A stretch of DNA of 32,000 bases from Hyperthermus butylicus DSM 5456 (GTDB lineage Archaea; Thermoproteota; Thermoprotei_A; Sulfolobales; Pyrodictiaceae): positions 1,500,001-1,532,000 of the forward strand of contig NC_008818.1 in assembly GCF_000015145.1 (NCBI RefSeq), read 5' to 3'. Of this stretch, positions 8,765 through 17,440 are shown piece after piece. How positions within the stretch are numbered: the stretch's first letter is position 1; every line of letters begins with the position of its first letter. Under the pieces are notes generated by a model that did not search any database, was not told where the DNA came from, and was given only the letters and a program-made list of their open reading frames with translations. The translations under genes were made by a program, and so were the position numbers.

Positions 8765-10123
8765 TTGGCTAGGAAGGTCTTCATACTAGGCCTGGACTCT
8801 ATGCCTCCCAAGGTGCTCTACGAGGGTATGGACGGCGGGGGGTTCCAGTACCTCCGGCGAATAGTGGAGGAGTCTAGCCGCTACATACTCGAAACATGCC
8901 ACCCACCGATAACCGTGCCAGCCTGGATGGTCATGTTTACGGGTAAAACGCCCGGAGAGCTCGGGATCTACGGGTTCCGCCACAGGAAGCCCGGAGAGTT
9001 CGGCTACTACATAGTAAACAGCAGCTACATCAAATACCCGACAATCTGGGATGAAGCCGGTAGGAGGGGGCTACGCGTAGGAGTCTACGGAGTACCACCA
9101 ACCTACCCGCCGAGACCGGTGCACGGCTTCCTCGTAACCGACTTCACCACGCCGGGCCCCGAGAAGCCCTACACCTTCCCCCCATGGCTGCGCAGAGAGC
9201 TGGAGCACGTCGCCGGGCCAACAGTATTCGACATAGTCTACCGTAGCCATGACAAGCAAAGGGTCGCCAGGGACCTCTTCCACATGCTTGAAAACCATCA
9301 ACGCCAAGTAGAGTACCTCGCCACAAGGAAGCAGTGGGACCTCTTCATATACGTGGAGATAGCTGTGGATAGGGCGCACCACGCGTTCTGGAAGTACTTC
9401 GACAAGAGCCACCCACGCTACACCGAGCACCCCGAGTATAGCAGGGTCATACCCGAGCTCTACAGGAGAATCGACGAGTGGTTTGAAAAACTCCACAAGA
9501 ACCTGCCAAGGGACACAGTGATAGTCATAGCTAGCGACCACGGGATAAAACCGATGAAGGGCGCATTCACGATAAACCAGTGGCTCATGGAGCAAGGCTA
9601 CCTAAAACTAAAGGTAGACCCTGGCAAGCTAAAGCCAGGCACCGACCTCGAGGAAGACATGATCGACTGGGAGCACACGATAGCGTGGGCCTGGGGAGGC
9701 TACTACAGCCGAGTATTCATAAACCTGAAGGGGAGAGAAAAACGCGGCACCGTAGAGCCAAAATACTACGAGGAAACCGTGAAGCAACTCAAGCGGGACA
9801 TCGAGAAGATAACAGGACCCAATGGGGAGCAGTGGAGGAATATGGCCCACCAGCCAGAGGAGCTATACCCCATAGTACGGGGCGACGCGCCAGACCTCAT
9901 GGTGTACCTCGACAACCTAGACTGGAGGCCAGCAGGAACACTAGGCTGGCAAACAATGTACCTCCCGGAGAACGACCGAGGCCCAGACGACGCCGTACAC
10001 GACTGGCACGGAGTACTAGCAATCTACGACCCCGAAGGCACAATAGACAGAGGCGACAAGGGGGTAATTGGCATCGAGAAAGTATACAATCTCCTACGGG
10101 AAACGCTCATCTCCAAAGACTAG
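8765..10123 (+). CDS. Alkaline phosphatase superfamily protein (type I phosphodiesterase / nucleotide pyrophosphatase-like)
   Basis: 452 aa, TTG start; 'KVFILGLDSMPPKVLYEG', 'CHPPITVPAWMVMFTGKTPGELGIYGFRHRKPGEF', 'DRAHHAFWKYFDKSHPRY', 'VIVIASDHGIKPMKGAFTINQWLMEQGYL', 'DWHGVLAIYDPEG'. Confidence 0.88.
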   Translation: MARKVFILGLDSMPPKVLYEGMDGGGFQYLRRIVEESSRYILETCHPPITVPAWMVMFTGKTPGELGIYGFRHRKPGEFGYYIVNSSYIKYPTIWDEAGRRGLRVGVYGVPPTYPPRPVHGFLVTDFTTPGPEKPYTFPPWLRRELEHVAGPTVFDIVYRSHDKQRVARDLFHMLENHQRQVEYLATRKQWDLFIYVEIAVDRAHHAFWKYFDKSHPRYTEHPEYSRVIPELYRRIDEWFEKLHKNLPRDTVIVIASDHGIKPMKGAFTINQWLMEQGYLKLKVDPGKLKPGTDLEEDMIDWEHTIAWAWGGYYSRVFINLKGREKRGTVEPKYYEETVKQLKRDIEKITGPNGEQWRNMAHQPEELYPIVRGDAPDLMVYLDNLDWRPAGTLGWQTMYLPENDRGPDDAVHDWHGVLAIYDPEGTIDRGDKGVIGIEKVYNLLRETLISKD

Positions 10124-10236
10124 CCCAAGCCTTTACAGTACTACACATCACTACCATCCATGAACGCGACATCACAATACGGCAAAGTGTGGGCGAGAAT
10201 AAGTAACCCTAGCCTCGTTCAGCTGGTAAGCCTGGT

Positions 10237-10458
10237 GTGGAAGGCTTGACAGAATACATCGAGGTACGTATACCGAGAGACCTATACGAGAAAGCAAAGA
10301 AGTTCGTAGAAGAGCAGGGCGGCTTCCAGAGCGTCGAGGAGCTTGTAGAGTTTCTCCTAAGGGAAGCGCTACTAATAGAGGAAGCCGGAGAACAAAAGAT
10401 AAGTAAAGAAGATGAGGAAAAAGTGAAAGAAAGACTTAAACAACTGGGCTACATATAG
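10237..10458 (+). CDS. Small ribbon-helix-helix protein, paralogous to the one at 6434
   Basis: MEGLTEYIEVRIPRDLYEKAKKFVEEQGGFQSVEELVEFLLREALLIEEAGEQKISKEDEEKVKERLKQLGYI. Same layout and same C-terminal 'LK.LGY[IL]' as the pre-sat protein. Confidence 0.75.
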   Translation: MEGLTEYIEVRIPRDLYEKAKKFVEEQGGFQSVEELVEFLLREALLIEEAGEQKISKEDEEKVKERLKQLGYI

Positions 10459-10689
10459 ACCCGTACCCTCAAGCAGAAAACGTTAGCCAGATTTATTTCT
10501 AACACATCCATCACTAAACAAGAGACAAAATATGGGCTTGCCGAACATCTTATCGTTACAGACAAAAAAAGGGGCAAACCAGACAGCTAACCATTAACAA
10601 TTAACAATATTTCTCCAGACCTTGCCCTGCCCTTGCCGGGTAAATCAATCAACACGTAATCACCGAGATAGAATGCGGGGCTAACTAGC

Positions 10690-11889
10690 ATGCACATACT
10701 TGTTGCACATCACCTTTGGCGTTTTGGCGGAGAAACAAGATTCAACCTCGATTTAGCAAGTGCTCTATGCAGACTCGGATATAGGGTTAGCATAGTATCT
10801 GTATCAAAACCTATCAAAGCTATTGAGAATGAACTAGCGGCTCTAGACTGTATAGAGAATAAGTACTACATAATACCGATAAGTCTACAGTTATTTGCTT
10901 TATATCAAAGGCTTATGCTTTATCGTGCGGTACGTAAGGCTTTGAAAAACACAAAAATAGACTTGCTATGGATTGACTCAAATACTTACAAGCCGCTAAT
11001 AAACAGCAGATCTAGCTCCTACAGGATAGTCGAGTATATACACTTTCCGCTCGAACTACTAAACCAGCGTACAATAAACCAGCTTCCAGATATTCTGCGC
11101 AAAGAAGTTACATCATATTTTTCAAAATACCTTGAATCAAGAAAATGGAAATTGTACCTAAAATTATTAAGCTTAGTTCAAAAAAGAGTTCAACGAGACA
11201 ATCCATTTACATCGGCCGATTTAGTCCTAGCAAACTCAAGGTATACAGGCGAGCTTGTTTACCATCTATGGGGAGAGAAGCCCTACATATTATACCCACC
11301 TGTCACAATAGAGGATTTTAAACACAAAGCACACAAAGGCTACGAAGAAAGAGACGCTAGCATCATCATGATTGGCAGGATCTCGAAAGAAAAGCGCTAC
11401 GAGATAGTCATAAAGGCAATTACCCATACTGATACTAAGCCTCGCCTACGCATAGTAGGCTCACTAGCGCCATCAGCGAAAAGCTACCTACAAAAGCTAA
11501 AGAAGCTAGCCAGAAACAACAACATAACCCTTGAAATCCACACAAACGTATCCAGAGAAAAACTAGTGCAGCTTGCAACGCAAAGCCGCATCTTTGTGCA
11601 TGCAACCATTGGCGAACACTTCGGCATAGCGGTAGTAGAAGCTATGGCGGCAGGCCTGCCCGTAATAGTTCATATGAGTGGCGGACCCTTCCACGATATT
11701 ATTGAGAAAGGAAAGTACGGCTACTATTACAAGACTGTTGAAGAGCTTGCACACCACATCGATAAATTGTTATCAAGTAAAAGAGAATGGAATCACTATC
11801 ACAAGCTCTCCCTAGAACGTGCATCAAACTTCTCATTCGCTAACTTCGTCAAGAGATTAGAAGTTTTACTGAGCTTCATACAAACTTGA
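10690..11889 (+). CDS. Glycosyltransferase, GT4-like (GT-B fold)
   Basis: 399 aa; 'HHLWRFGGETRFNLDLASALCRLGYRV', 'IIMIGRISKEKRYEIVIKAI', 'IFVHATIGEHFGIAVVEAMAAGLPVIVHMSGGP'. Confidence 0.88.
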   Translation: MHILVAHHLWRFGGETRFNLDLASALCRLGYRVSIVSVSKPIKAIENELAALDCIENKYYIIPISLQLFALYQRLMLYRAVRKALKNTKIDLLWIDSNTYKPLINSRSSSYRIVEYIHFPLELLNQRTINQLPDILRKEVTSYFSKYLESRKWKLYLKLLSLVQKRVQRDNPFTSADLVLANSRYTGELVYHLWGEKPYILYPPVTIEDFKHKAHKGYEERDASIIMIGRISKEKRYEIVIKAITHTDTKPRLRIVGSLAPSAKSYLQKLKKLARNNNITLEIHTNVSREKLVQLATQSRIFVHATIGEHFGIAVVEAMAAGLPVIVHMSGGPFHDIIEKGKYGYYYKTVEELAHHIDKLLSSKREWNHYHKLSLERASNFSFANFVKRLEVLLSFIQT

Positions 11890-11985
11890 ATATGCTGAAA
11901 CTATTTCAATGATTAATGCTTTTGAACATACAATCTAAAATTTAAAAATCTTGGTAATTCGATTGTAAAGCTTTAGGGAAGATAG

Positions 11986-13266
11986 GTGATGTACACCGGT
12001 GTTGTAGGCTTTTCTTCATATTTCCCTCCAAATGTAAGATCATGTTCTGAACTGTTGTATCTTCGAAGGAAAGCTGGCAGAATGCTTGGTTGGTCAACAT
12101 ATATTCTGGCAAGCCTCAAAAAATATGGTTCACGCTTTGATATACTCTACTCGATTATACCATCACTCTGTCAACACAATAGATATACCATACGTAGCGA
12201 ATTCGGAGTTAATGTTGATATTGTTGAGTTCCCTGTACGCCGAATCGTGAAGAATATCTATGATTACAAAGACTATAATGCAATAGTATCATTCATATCA
12301 AATATTAATAAGGAGGAACTCATAATCTATACACATAATCTATTTTCACTTAATTTTGCATATGAGTTATTGATTTTCTTCTCTAAACTAAAGAAAATAA
12401 ACAAAAATATAACTATAGTCGCACATCAACATTCACAGCCACCATTCAAGTACTATAGCGAGTCCCTTGGTAAGCTAAAGGGTAGCGCAATAGGTGTTGC
12501 CGGTGAATTTCTGTTTAAGCTTTTACACAAGTATATAGACGGCTACGTAGTATCAAACAAAAAGACGTTTCATTATCTCGTTGATGAGATGAACATAGAC
12601 CCCAGTACAGTACTATATCAACACGTTGGCGTTGACTATGAGAATGTCAACCCAGCCAAATATCGTGCCTACATGCATATAGTCGAAGAAAAGGTATGGA
12701 AAAACTGTGATTACAGATTGGTGCTTGTATCAAAGGTTACACGTAACTATGGAGGCTATGTGAAAGGCGTAGATCTAGTGCCCCATGTTGTCAGTATGCT
12801 TAGAAAATTAGGGTATAGAGCATGCATAGCTGTTATAGGCGAAATACTCGACAAAGAGCTTGCGTTAAAACTTAAATCAACAAATGGTATAATTTTAACG
12901 GATCACCTACCCCGCGATGAAGTTTTTAAAATAGTTGCATCATCTGACCTATATATCTTGCCAGCAAGGAGCAATTACTATTATGGTGGTATTGGTGTCG
13001 CTGTCATCGAGGCACTCGCCTTAAACATTCCCGTAGTATCGCCTACACTTGAGCATGTACCTGACGAGCGCGTAGTGAAGTACCTCGGGGTAAAAGCAAA
13101 ATGGGTGGATACAGCTGGCATATCTAGATTCGTACGAGATATCGTGCATGCGTTAGACAATATTACACAGTTCAGGCCGAGGCAGTACTCGATAAGGTTT
13201 TACGACATACGTATAATGGTTAATAACCTCGAAAAATTATTTACATCATTGACAAGGAAAATCTAG
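11986..13266 (+). CDS. Glycosyltransferase, GT-B fold
   Basis: 426 aa; 'LPRDEVFKIVASSDLYILPARSNYYYGGIGVAVIEALALNIPVVSPTLEHVPDERVVKYLG', typical C-terminal GT4-like block. Confidence 0.8.
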   Translation: MMYTGVVGFSSYFPPNVRSCSELLYLRRKAGRMLGWSTYILASLKKYGSRFDILYSIIPSLCQHNRYTIRSEFGVNVDIVEFPVRRIVKNIYDYKDYNAIVSFISNINKEELIIYTHNLFSLNFAYELLIFFSKLKKINKNITIVAHQHSQPPFKYYSESLGKLKGSAIGVAGEFLFKLLHKYIDGYVVSNKKTFHYLVDEMNIDPSTVLYQHVGVDYENVNPAKYRAYMHIVEEKVWKNCDYRLVLVSKVTRNYGGYVKGVDLVPHVVSMLRKLGYRACIAVIGEILDKELALKLKSTNGIILTDHLPRDEVFKIVASSDLYILPARSNYYYGGIGVAVIEALALNIPVVSPTLEHVPDERVVKYLGVKAKWVDTAGISRFVRDIVHALDNITQFRPRQYSIRFYDIRIMVNNLEKLFTSLTRKI

Positions 13267-13453
13267 TGAATCACCATTGTTATACACATCATTGTATATT
13301 ACTTCTTATGTAAGTTCTATATTACCCTAGAGCCGACTTTCTTATTACCTTAACTATTTCATATTTTGTAATTGTAATTCGCTGTTTTGCACACAATGCC
13401 CATTCTTTCACACAGTCTGGAATCTGTATCGTGTGGTAGGGGGAGCCCGAGTG

Positions 13454-14785
13454 CTAGTAATATGAGAGCAGCATAGTCCAGGGTTCACGTATAGCCTTTG
13501 CAGCCTCCATTAGGATAGGGTCATCCTTTGGTGTTACAGCTATGTGGATGTTCATGGGATGATTGCCAGTGCTGCCGAAACTTTGTCTATTGGTGGAGCG
13601 TAGAGGTTGAACTTGCGAAACTATAGCCTTTCCTTGGTACGACGACGAGGTGCTGTGCACGGCCACTATATGGGCCATAGAATATTCCGCCACGTCCTCT
13701 TACTATGCTATGTATGAACTTATGACTGCTCTCTTCCTCGAATTTCCTGAGAGCATGAATAACCCGGTTTATAGTCCTCTCTACATCGTGCACTACTCTT
13801 GTGTTTATATAGATCCCATAGTTTGATTCTTGCACCACAATGACAGGGCTATTATCTTCATCTACTACGGGTCTCTCCACATGCAATACAAATCTCCGTA
13901 GTGCTCCAATCCTGGCAACAAGGGCCCTACCAATACTCGTTATCATCTTTCCTGTCACACTGTTCTTCATGAATATGTTCACTACCCTAGCATCGGGGCT
14001 CTTTCTATACGCTGTTTTCCTATCATGCCTTCTCTTATGGGCTTGAACTCAGGCTTTACAAGGCCGTAATCGTATAGTATGTGAGGCACTTAAACACGGT
14101 AGTACGTTCTACCATTGCCATGGTCACTTACAACTAGTACAAGACCATCGTCAAGAAAGAGAGGCGAGAGTATCTCTCCTACAAGTTCGTCGAGTAGCTC
14201 TAATATCCTGCGCATACATTCATCGTGCGGGCCATAGGCCTCCTCAGCATGCCCATGAAGTACTGCATCCACGAATCCAAGCATTATAAATACGTAAGCT
14301 TTATCGCCTAGGAGGCCTCTACGCGACGCTTTGAGGAGTGTTTCAAGGACAGTCATATCGTGGAATACAAACTCGCAGATACCACTTCTCGAATCATTAT
14401 TCTCTGCCGCAGTATCGCGTTGCATTTTCATAAATCTCATCAAGTCATGCTGGGCTAGCATGGCTTCTTGGCGATAACCAGTCGGCTATTAATGCTCCCG
14501 AAACGGCATGCGTGGCCGCAAGGATGATGGTTAGGTTGACCACTCCCATCTCATGTTTTCCGGGGCTTACTCCGCTTGTAATACCTGTCCACATGGATGT
14601 GGTATAAGGTTGGAATTATATCATATGGATCTGAGGGTGCCACATGACTCTAGCTCGGCGAATGATTTAAGGCCGCCATGTCCTCTAAGGCTCCGGTAGA
14701 CGTTGAGGAATAGCCCATCAATGCTGAATAGAAGTGCTCTATACTTGTTCGTGCCAATTACGCGCACCACCCTTCATCAAGTGTC
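13454..14785 (-). pseudogene. Decayed alkaline-phosphatase-superfamily (type I phosphodiesterase-like) gene
   Basis: Successive minus-strand fragments in different frames: 'RVIGTNKYRALLFSIDGLF', 'TTSMWTGITSGVSPGKHEMGVVNL', 'AYVFIMLGFVDAVLHGHAEEAYG...DDGLVLVVSDHG', in-frame stop, 'LYDYGLVKPEFKPIREG', 'VVVQESNYGIYINTR...', 'GSTGNHPMN'. The order matches the superfamily. Confidence 0.7.
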
Positions 14786-14857
14786 TACTGCTGCCAGGAG
14801 CGTGCTTTGCATGTACTGTGATGTTAAAAATGGCTTGGTGTATTCATAGGCGAGTGT

Positions 14858-15697
14858 TTAGCTTGTCGTGGTTGCCATTGCTTCTTCTACTTGTTTTCTT
14901 TGTTGTGCTTTCTTTTTGCCTAGCTTGATGGCTATGTGGAGTGGTATGTAGAGGCTTAGGCCTATTATGAGCATGCCTAGGCCGCTGGGGTCGGGGGAGA
15001 TTATTGCGCCTACGATCATTGTGCCTAGGAGTATGTACTTCATTGTGGTGGGGGTGAAGTGGTCTGGGCTTATTATGCCGTAGGCTAGGAGGAGGTATAT
15101 GACGATGGGTGTTTCGAAGAGTAATCCGAATGCTATTGCGAGCTTGATTACGAAGTCTACTACCGTGCTTATCCTTATTGTTAGTAGGAATTTGTAGCCT
15201 GACGGTACGAGTGGTGGGTAGAGCTTGAGCATCATCGTGTATATGAATGGCGCCACTATGTATATTGCGAAGAATACTCCGAAGAGGAATGCTGCTACGA
15301 AGAGGAACATGAAGCGTTTTGCGAAGCGCTTCTCGTGGGGGTAGAGTGCTGGCTCTACGTAGGCCCATATCTCCCGTGCAGCTATCGGTGTTGAGCCCAT
15401 AACTCCGAGGAGGAGGATACCCTCAACCATTATCTGTATCGATTCGAACTCTGTGCTGGGGAGTATCGTGACGTTATAGGTGTGCCCATCAAACGTGGTT
15501 ATCTGCTTTGGAACAGTGTGAGCCACAATCAGGCTTGGAAGCTTCGCGGCCAAGGGAACGTAGAGTAGGCCACCCTTACCCGCCGGAATAACCGAGAGCA
15601 CAAGTGCAGATATGATAAACGCTATGATTATTCTACGTAGCCTAATGGCGAGCTCTGTTAGGTGCTCCCAGATGCTAGCCTCCCTATCCTCAGCCAA
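14858..15697 (-). CDS. tatC: Sec-independent (Tat) protein translocase subunit TatC
   Basis: 279 aa; 'SIWEHLTELAIRLRRIIIAFIISA', 'KRFAKRFMFLFVAAFLFGVFFAIYIVAPF', 'LLAYGIISPDHF...RYILLGTMIVGAIISPDPSG'-like pattern with multiple TM helices. Confidence 0.93.
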   Translation of the reverse strand: MAEDREASIWEHLTELAIRLRRIIIAFIISALVLSVIPAGKGGLLYVPLAAKLPSLIVAHTVPKQITTFDGHTYNVTILPSTEFESIQIMVEGILLLGVMGSTPIAAREIWAYVEPALYPHEKRFAKRFMFLFVAAFLFGVFFAIYIVAPFIYTMMLKLYPPLVPSGYKFLLTIRISTVVDFVIKLAIAFGLLFETPIVIYLLLAYGIISPDHFTPTTMKYILLGTMIVGAIISPDPSGLGMLIIGLSLYIPLHIAIKLGKKKAQQRKQVEEAMATTTS

Positions 15698-15813
15698 GGG
15701 GCGCTGCCCCCTCCCTCCACGCGGCGGCCGTGTGTCTGGCCCATAGCCTAGGGGCTCCGGGGTGCTGGTGGCTGCTCCGTTTTTCTTATACTGCTATCTT
15801 GGCTTGGGGCGGC

Positions 15814-16149
15814 CTACTTTTTCTCCGAGACCTTTATCTCGTCGAGGAGACCCTTCTTCTTTGCCTCGTTTATTATCTCGGTTATGAGGTCGTCCTTGCT
15901 CTTCTCCTTAGTCTCTATACCGAGCTTCTCGGCTAGCTTCTTAATCGTCTCCTCGTCGACGCCCTCCAGTTCCCTCCTCGTCTTCTCTGTCTTTCTTTCC
16001 TCCTCTAGGAGGCCTTGGGAGGCCTTCCTAAACTCGTAGAGTGCTTGTCCCAGGCCGCGGGCTAGCTGTGGCAGCTTGGTGGGCCCGAATATGAGCAGTA
16101 TTATTACGAGGATTATTACCCACTCCATGCCCTGAAGGAACTCGAACAC
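15814..16149 (-). CDS. tatA: Twin-arginine translocase subunit TatA/TatB family
   Basis: 111 aa; 'MEWVIILVIILLIFGPTKLPQLARGLGQALYEFRKASQG', classic TatA TM helix, FG(P)xKLP hinge and amphipathic helix. Confidence 0.93.
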   Translation of the reverse strand: MFEFLQGMEWVIILVIILLIFGPTKLPQLARGLGQALYEFRKASQGLLEEERKTEKTRRELEGVDEETIKKLAEKLGIETKEKSKDDLITEIINEAKKKGLLDEIKVSEKK

Positions 16150-16288
16150 TGCTCAACGCCTCCCCGACTGGTTCTCCCTCTACGCCTCGTTTCCGGGTTT
16201 CTCCGTGACGAGTTGTGTTGGTTCTGGGTGGATATATGTGTTGTATCGTAGGGTATCGGCTTGCTCTTGTGTTGAGGCTTGGCTCTCC

Positions 16289-17002
16289 TCATATCTCTGC
16301 GAGGGGCTTTGAGAGCAACGTAGCTATCACCGTGAAGGCTACAGCTACTCCTGCGAGTAGTGCTGTGTCGCCTAGTGTTGCTAGGCCTGCAGCGGCGTAG
16401 CCTAGGGGCTGGACTGCCTGTTGCAGGTATGGTGTTAGGAGGCCTGCAAGCACTACTATGGAGAGTAGGCTCCGGGACTCACTGTACACTATCATGAAGG
16501 AGGTTAGTGCTGCAGCGGCGGAAAAGTATAGGCTCACCACCATAACCATGGCTATGTATGCTGGTGATACTAGCTGGCTCCAGGAGGCTAGGAACGCTGT
16601 TGACAACGCGTAGGCTAGGGAGAGGCTGGCTACAAGCATGTAGATGTAGGCGAGTTTGGCCAGGAACAGCTCCTCCGGCGGGATAGCGGATGCGCGGAGC
16701 CCGTCGAGCGTGCCCTTCTCGGCCTCACGCAGCACAGCAAGGAACCCAGCGGCAAGGGATACAATGAGCATTGTGAGGATTTGGCCTGCTGCGAGCACCG
16801 CCGCTGCATCCTCGTACTCCGCTATAGGTGCTGCTGGCCCGGAAACCATGTAGGATGAAGCTAGGCCCGCCACACCAGCGACGATGAGCAGCGCTGCTGG
16901 CTCCTGCCAGCGCCTCATAGTGGATAGGAGATCCTTACGCAGCAGCGCGGCAAAGGCTAGCGGCAAGGCTGGCAAAACCCCGCGACGGTGGGGTGGGGGC
17001 AC
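16289..17002 (-). CDS. ccmB: CcmB-like heme exporter / cytochrome c maturation ABC permease
   Basis: 237 aa membrane protein; 'LLRKDLLSTMRRWQ', 'LREAEKGTLDGLRASAIPPEELFLAKLAYIYMLV', typical CcmB pattern; within a ccm cluster. Confidence 0.8.
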   Translation of the reverse strand: MPPPHRRGVLPALPLAFAALLRKDLLSTMRRWQEPAALLIVAGVAGLASSYMVSGPAAPIAEYEDAAAVLAAGQILTMLIVSLAAGFLAVLREAEKGTLDGLRASAIPPEELFLAKLAYIYMLVASLSLAYALSTAFLASWSQLVSPAYIAMVMVVSLYFSAAAALTSFMIVYSESRSLLSIVVLAGLLTPYLQQAVQPLGYAAAGLATLGDTALLAGVAVAFTVIATLLSKPLAEI

Positions 17003-17011
17003 GAAGAAGGC

Positions 17012-17440
17012 TTAGTCCTTTATCGCTGGCTGACTGTAGCCGCTGTGGCAGCCCTCGAGGATGTCTATTACGCGTAGGGTCCCGGTTGCCGGGTCGTAGA
17101 CGCCCTCTACCACGACGCTGTCTGGGTCCCAGCGCAGGTACTGTATCGGGCCATACTTCTTCTCGATATACTCGGCATCGGCCACTGCTAAGAGTTTACT
17201 ACCATCGCGGCCCTCTAGTACGAGGTATAGCTTGCGGCTAGCCTGGTCATAGTGGAGGCTTGCAAGCCTACCCTTGACCGTTACCTTGGCCTCCCTAACG
17301 AGTTTAACCACGTCCGAGACATCCATGTAGCTGCTACCCTTTACCGCATAGTAGCCTATCACCGCGAAGGCGGCGAAGAGTACTATTGCTGCGAGTATAG
17401 GCTTAGCCTTGCCAGCCGCCACTATTCCCAGCCCCACCAC
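17012..17440 (-). CDS. ccmE: CcmE-like heme chaperone, CX3Y variant
   Basis: 142 aa; single N-terminal TM; OB-like region 'VKLVREAKVTVKGRLASLHYDQASRKLYLVLEGRDG...PDSVVVEGVYDPATGTLRVIDILEGCHSGYSQ', with CHSGY where classical CcmE has HxxxY. Confidence 0.72.
   Translation of the reverse strand: MVGLGIVAAGKAKPILAAIVLFAAFAVIGYYAVKGSSYMDVSDVVKLVREAKVTVKGRLASLHYDQASRKLYLVLEGRDGSKLLAVADAEYIEKKYGPIQYLRWDPDSVVVEGVYDPATGTLRVIDILEGCHSGYSQPAIKD

Noticed and set aside
9071-9595. 174-aa minus-strand ORF
   Set aside because: Antisense to the phosphodiesterase gene, no recognisable motif.
14844-15368. 174-aa plus-strand ORF opposite tatC
   Set aside because: Basic, low-complexity translation opposite a clear TatC.
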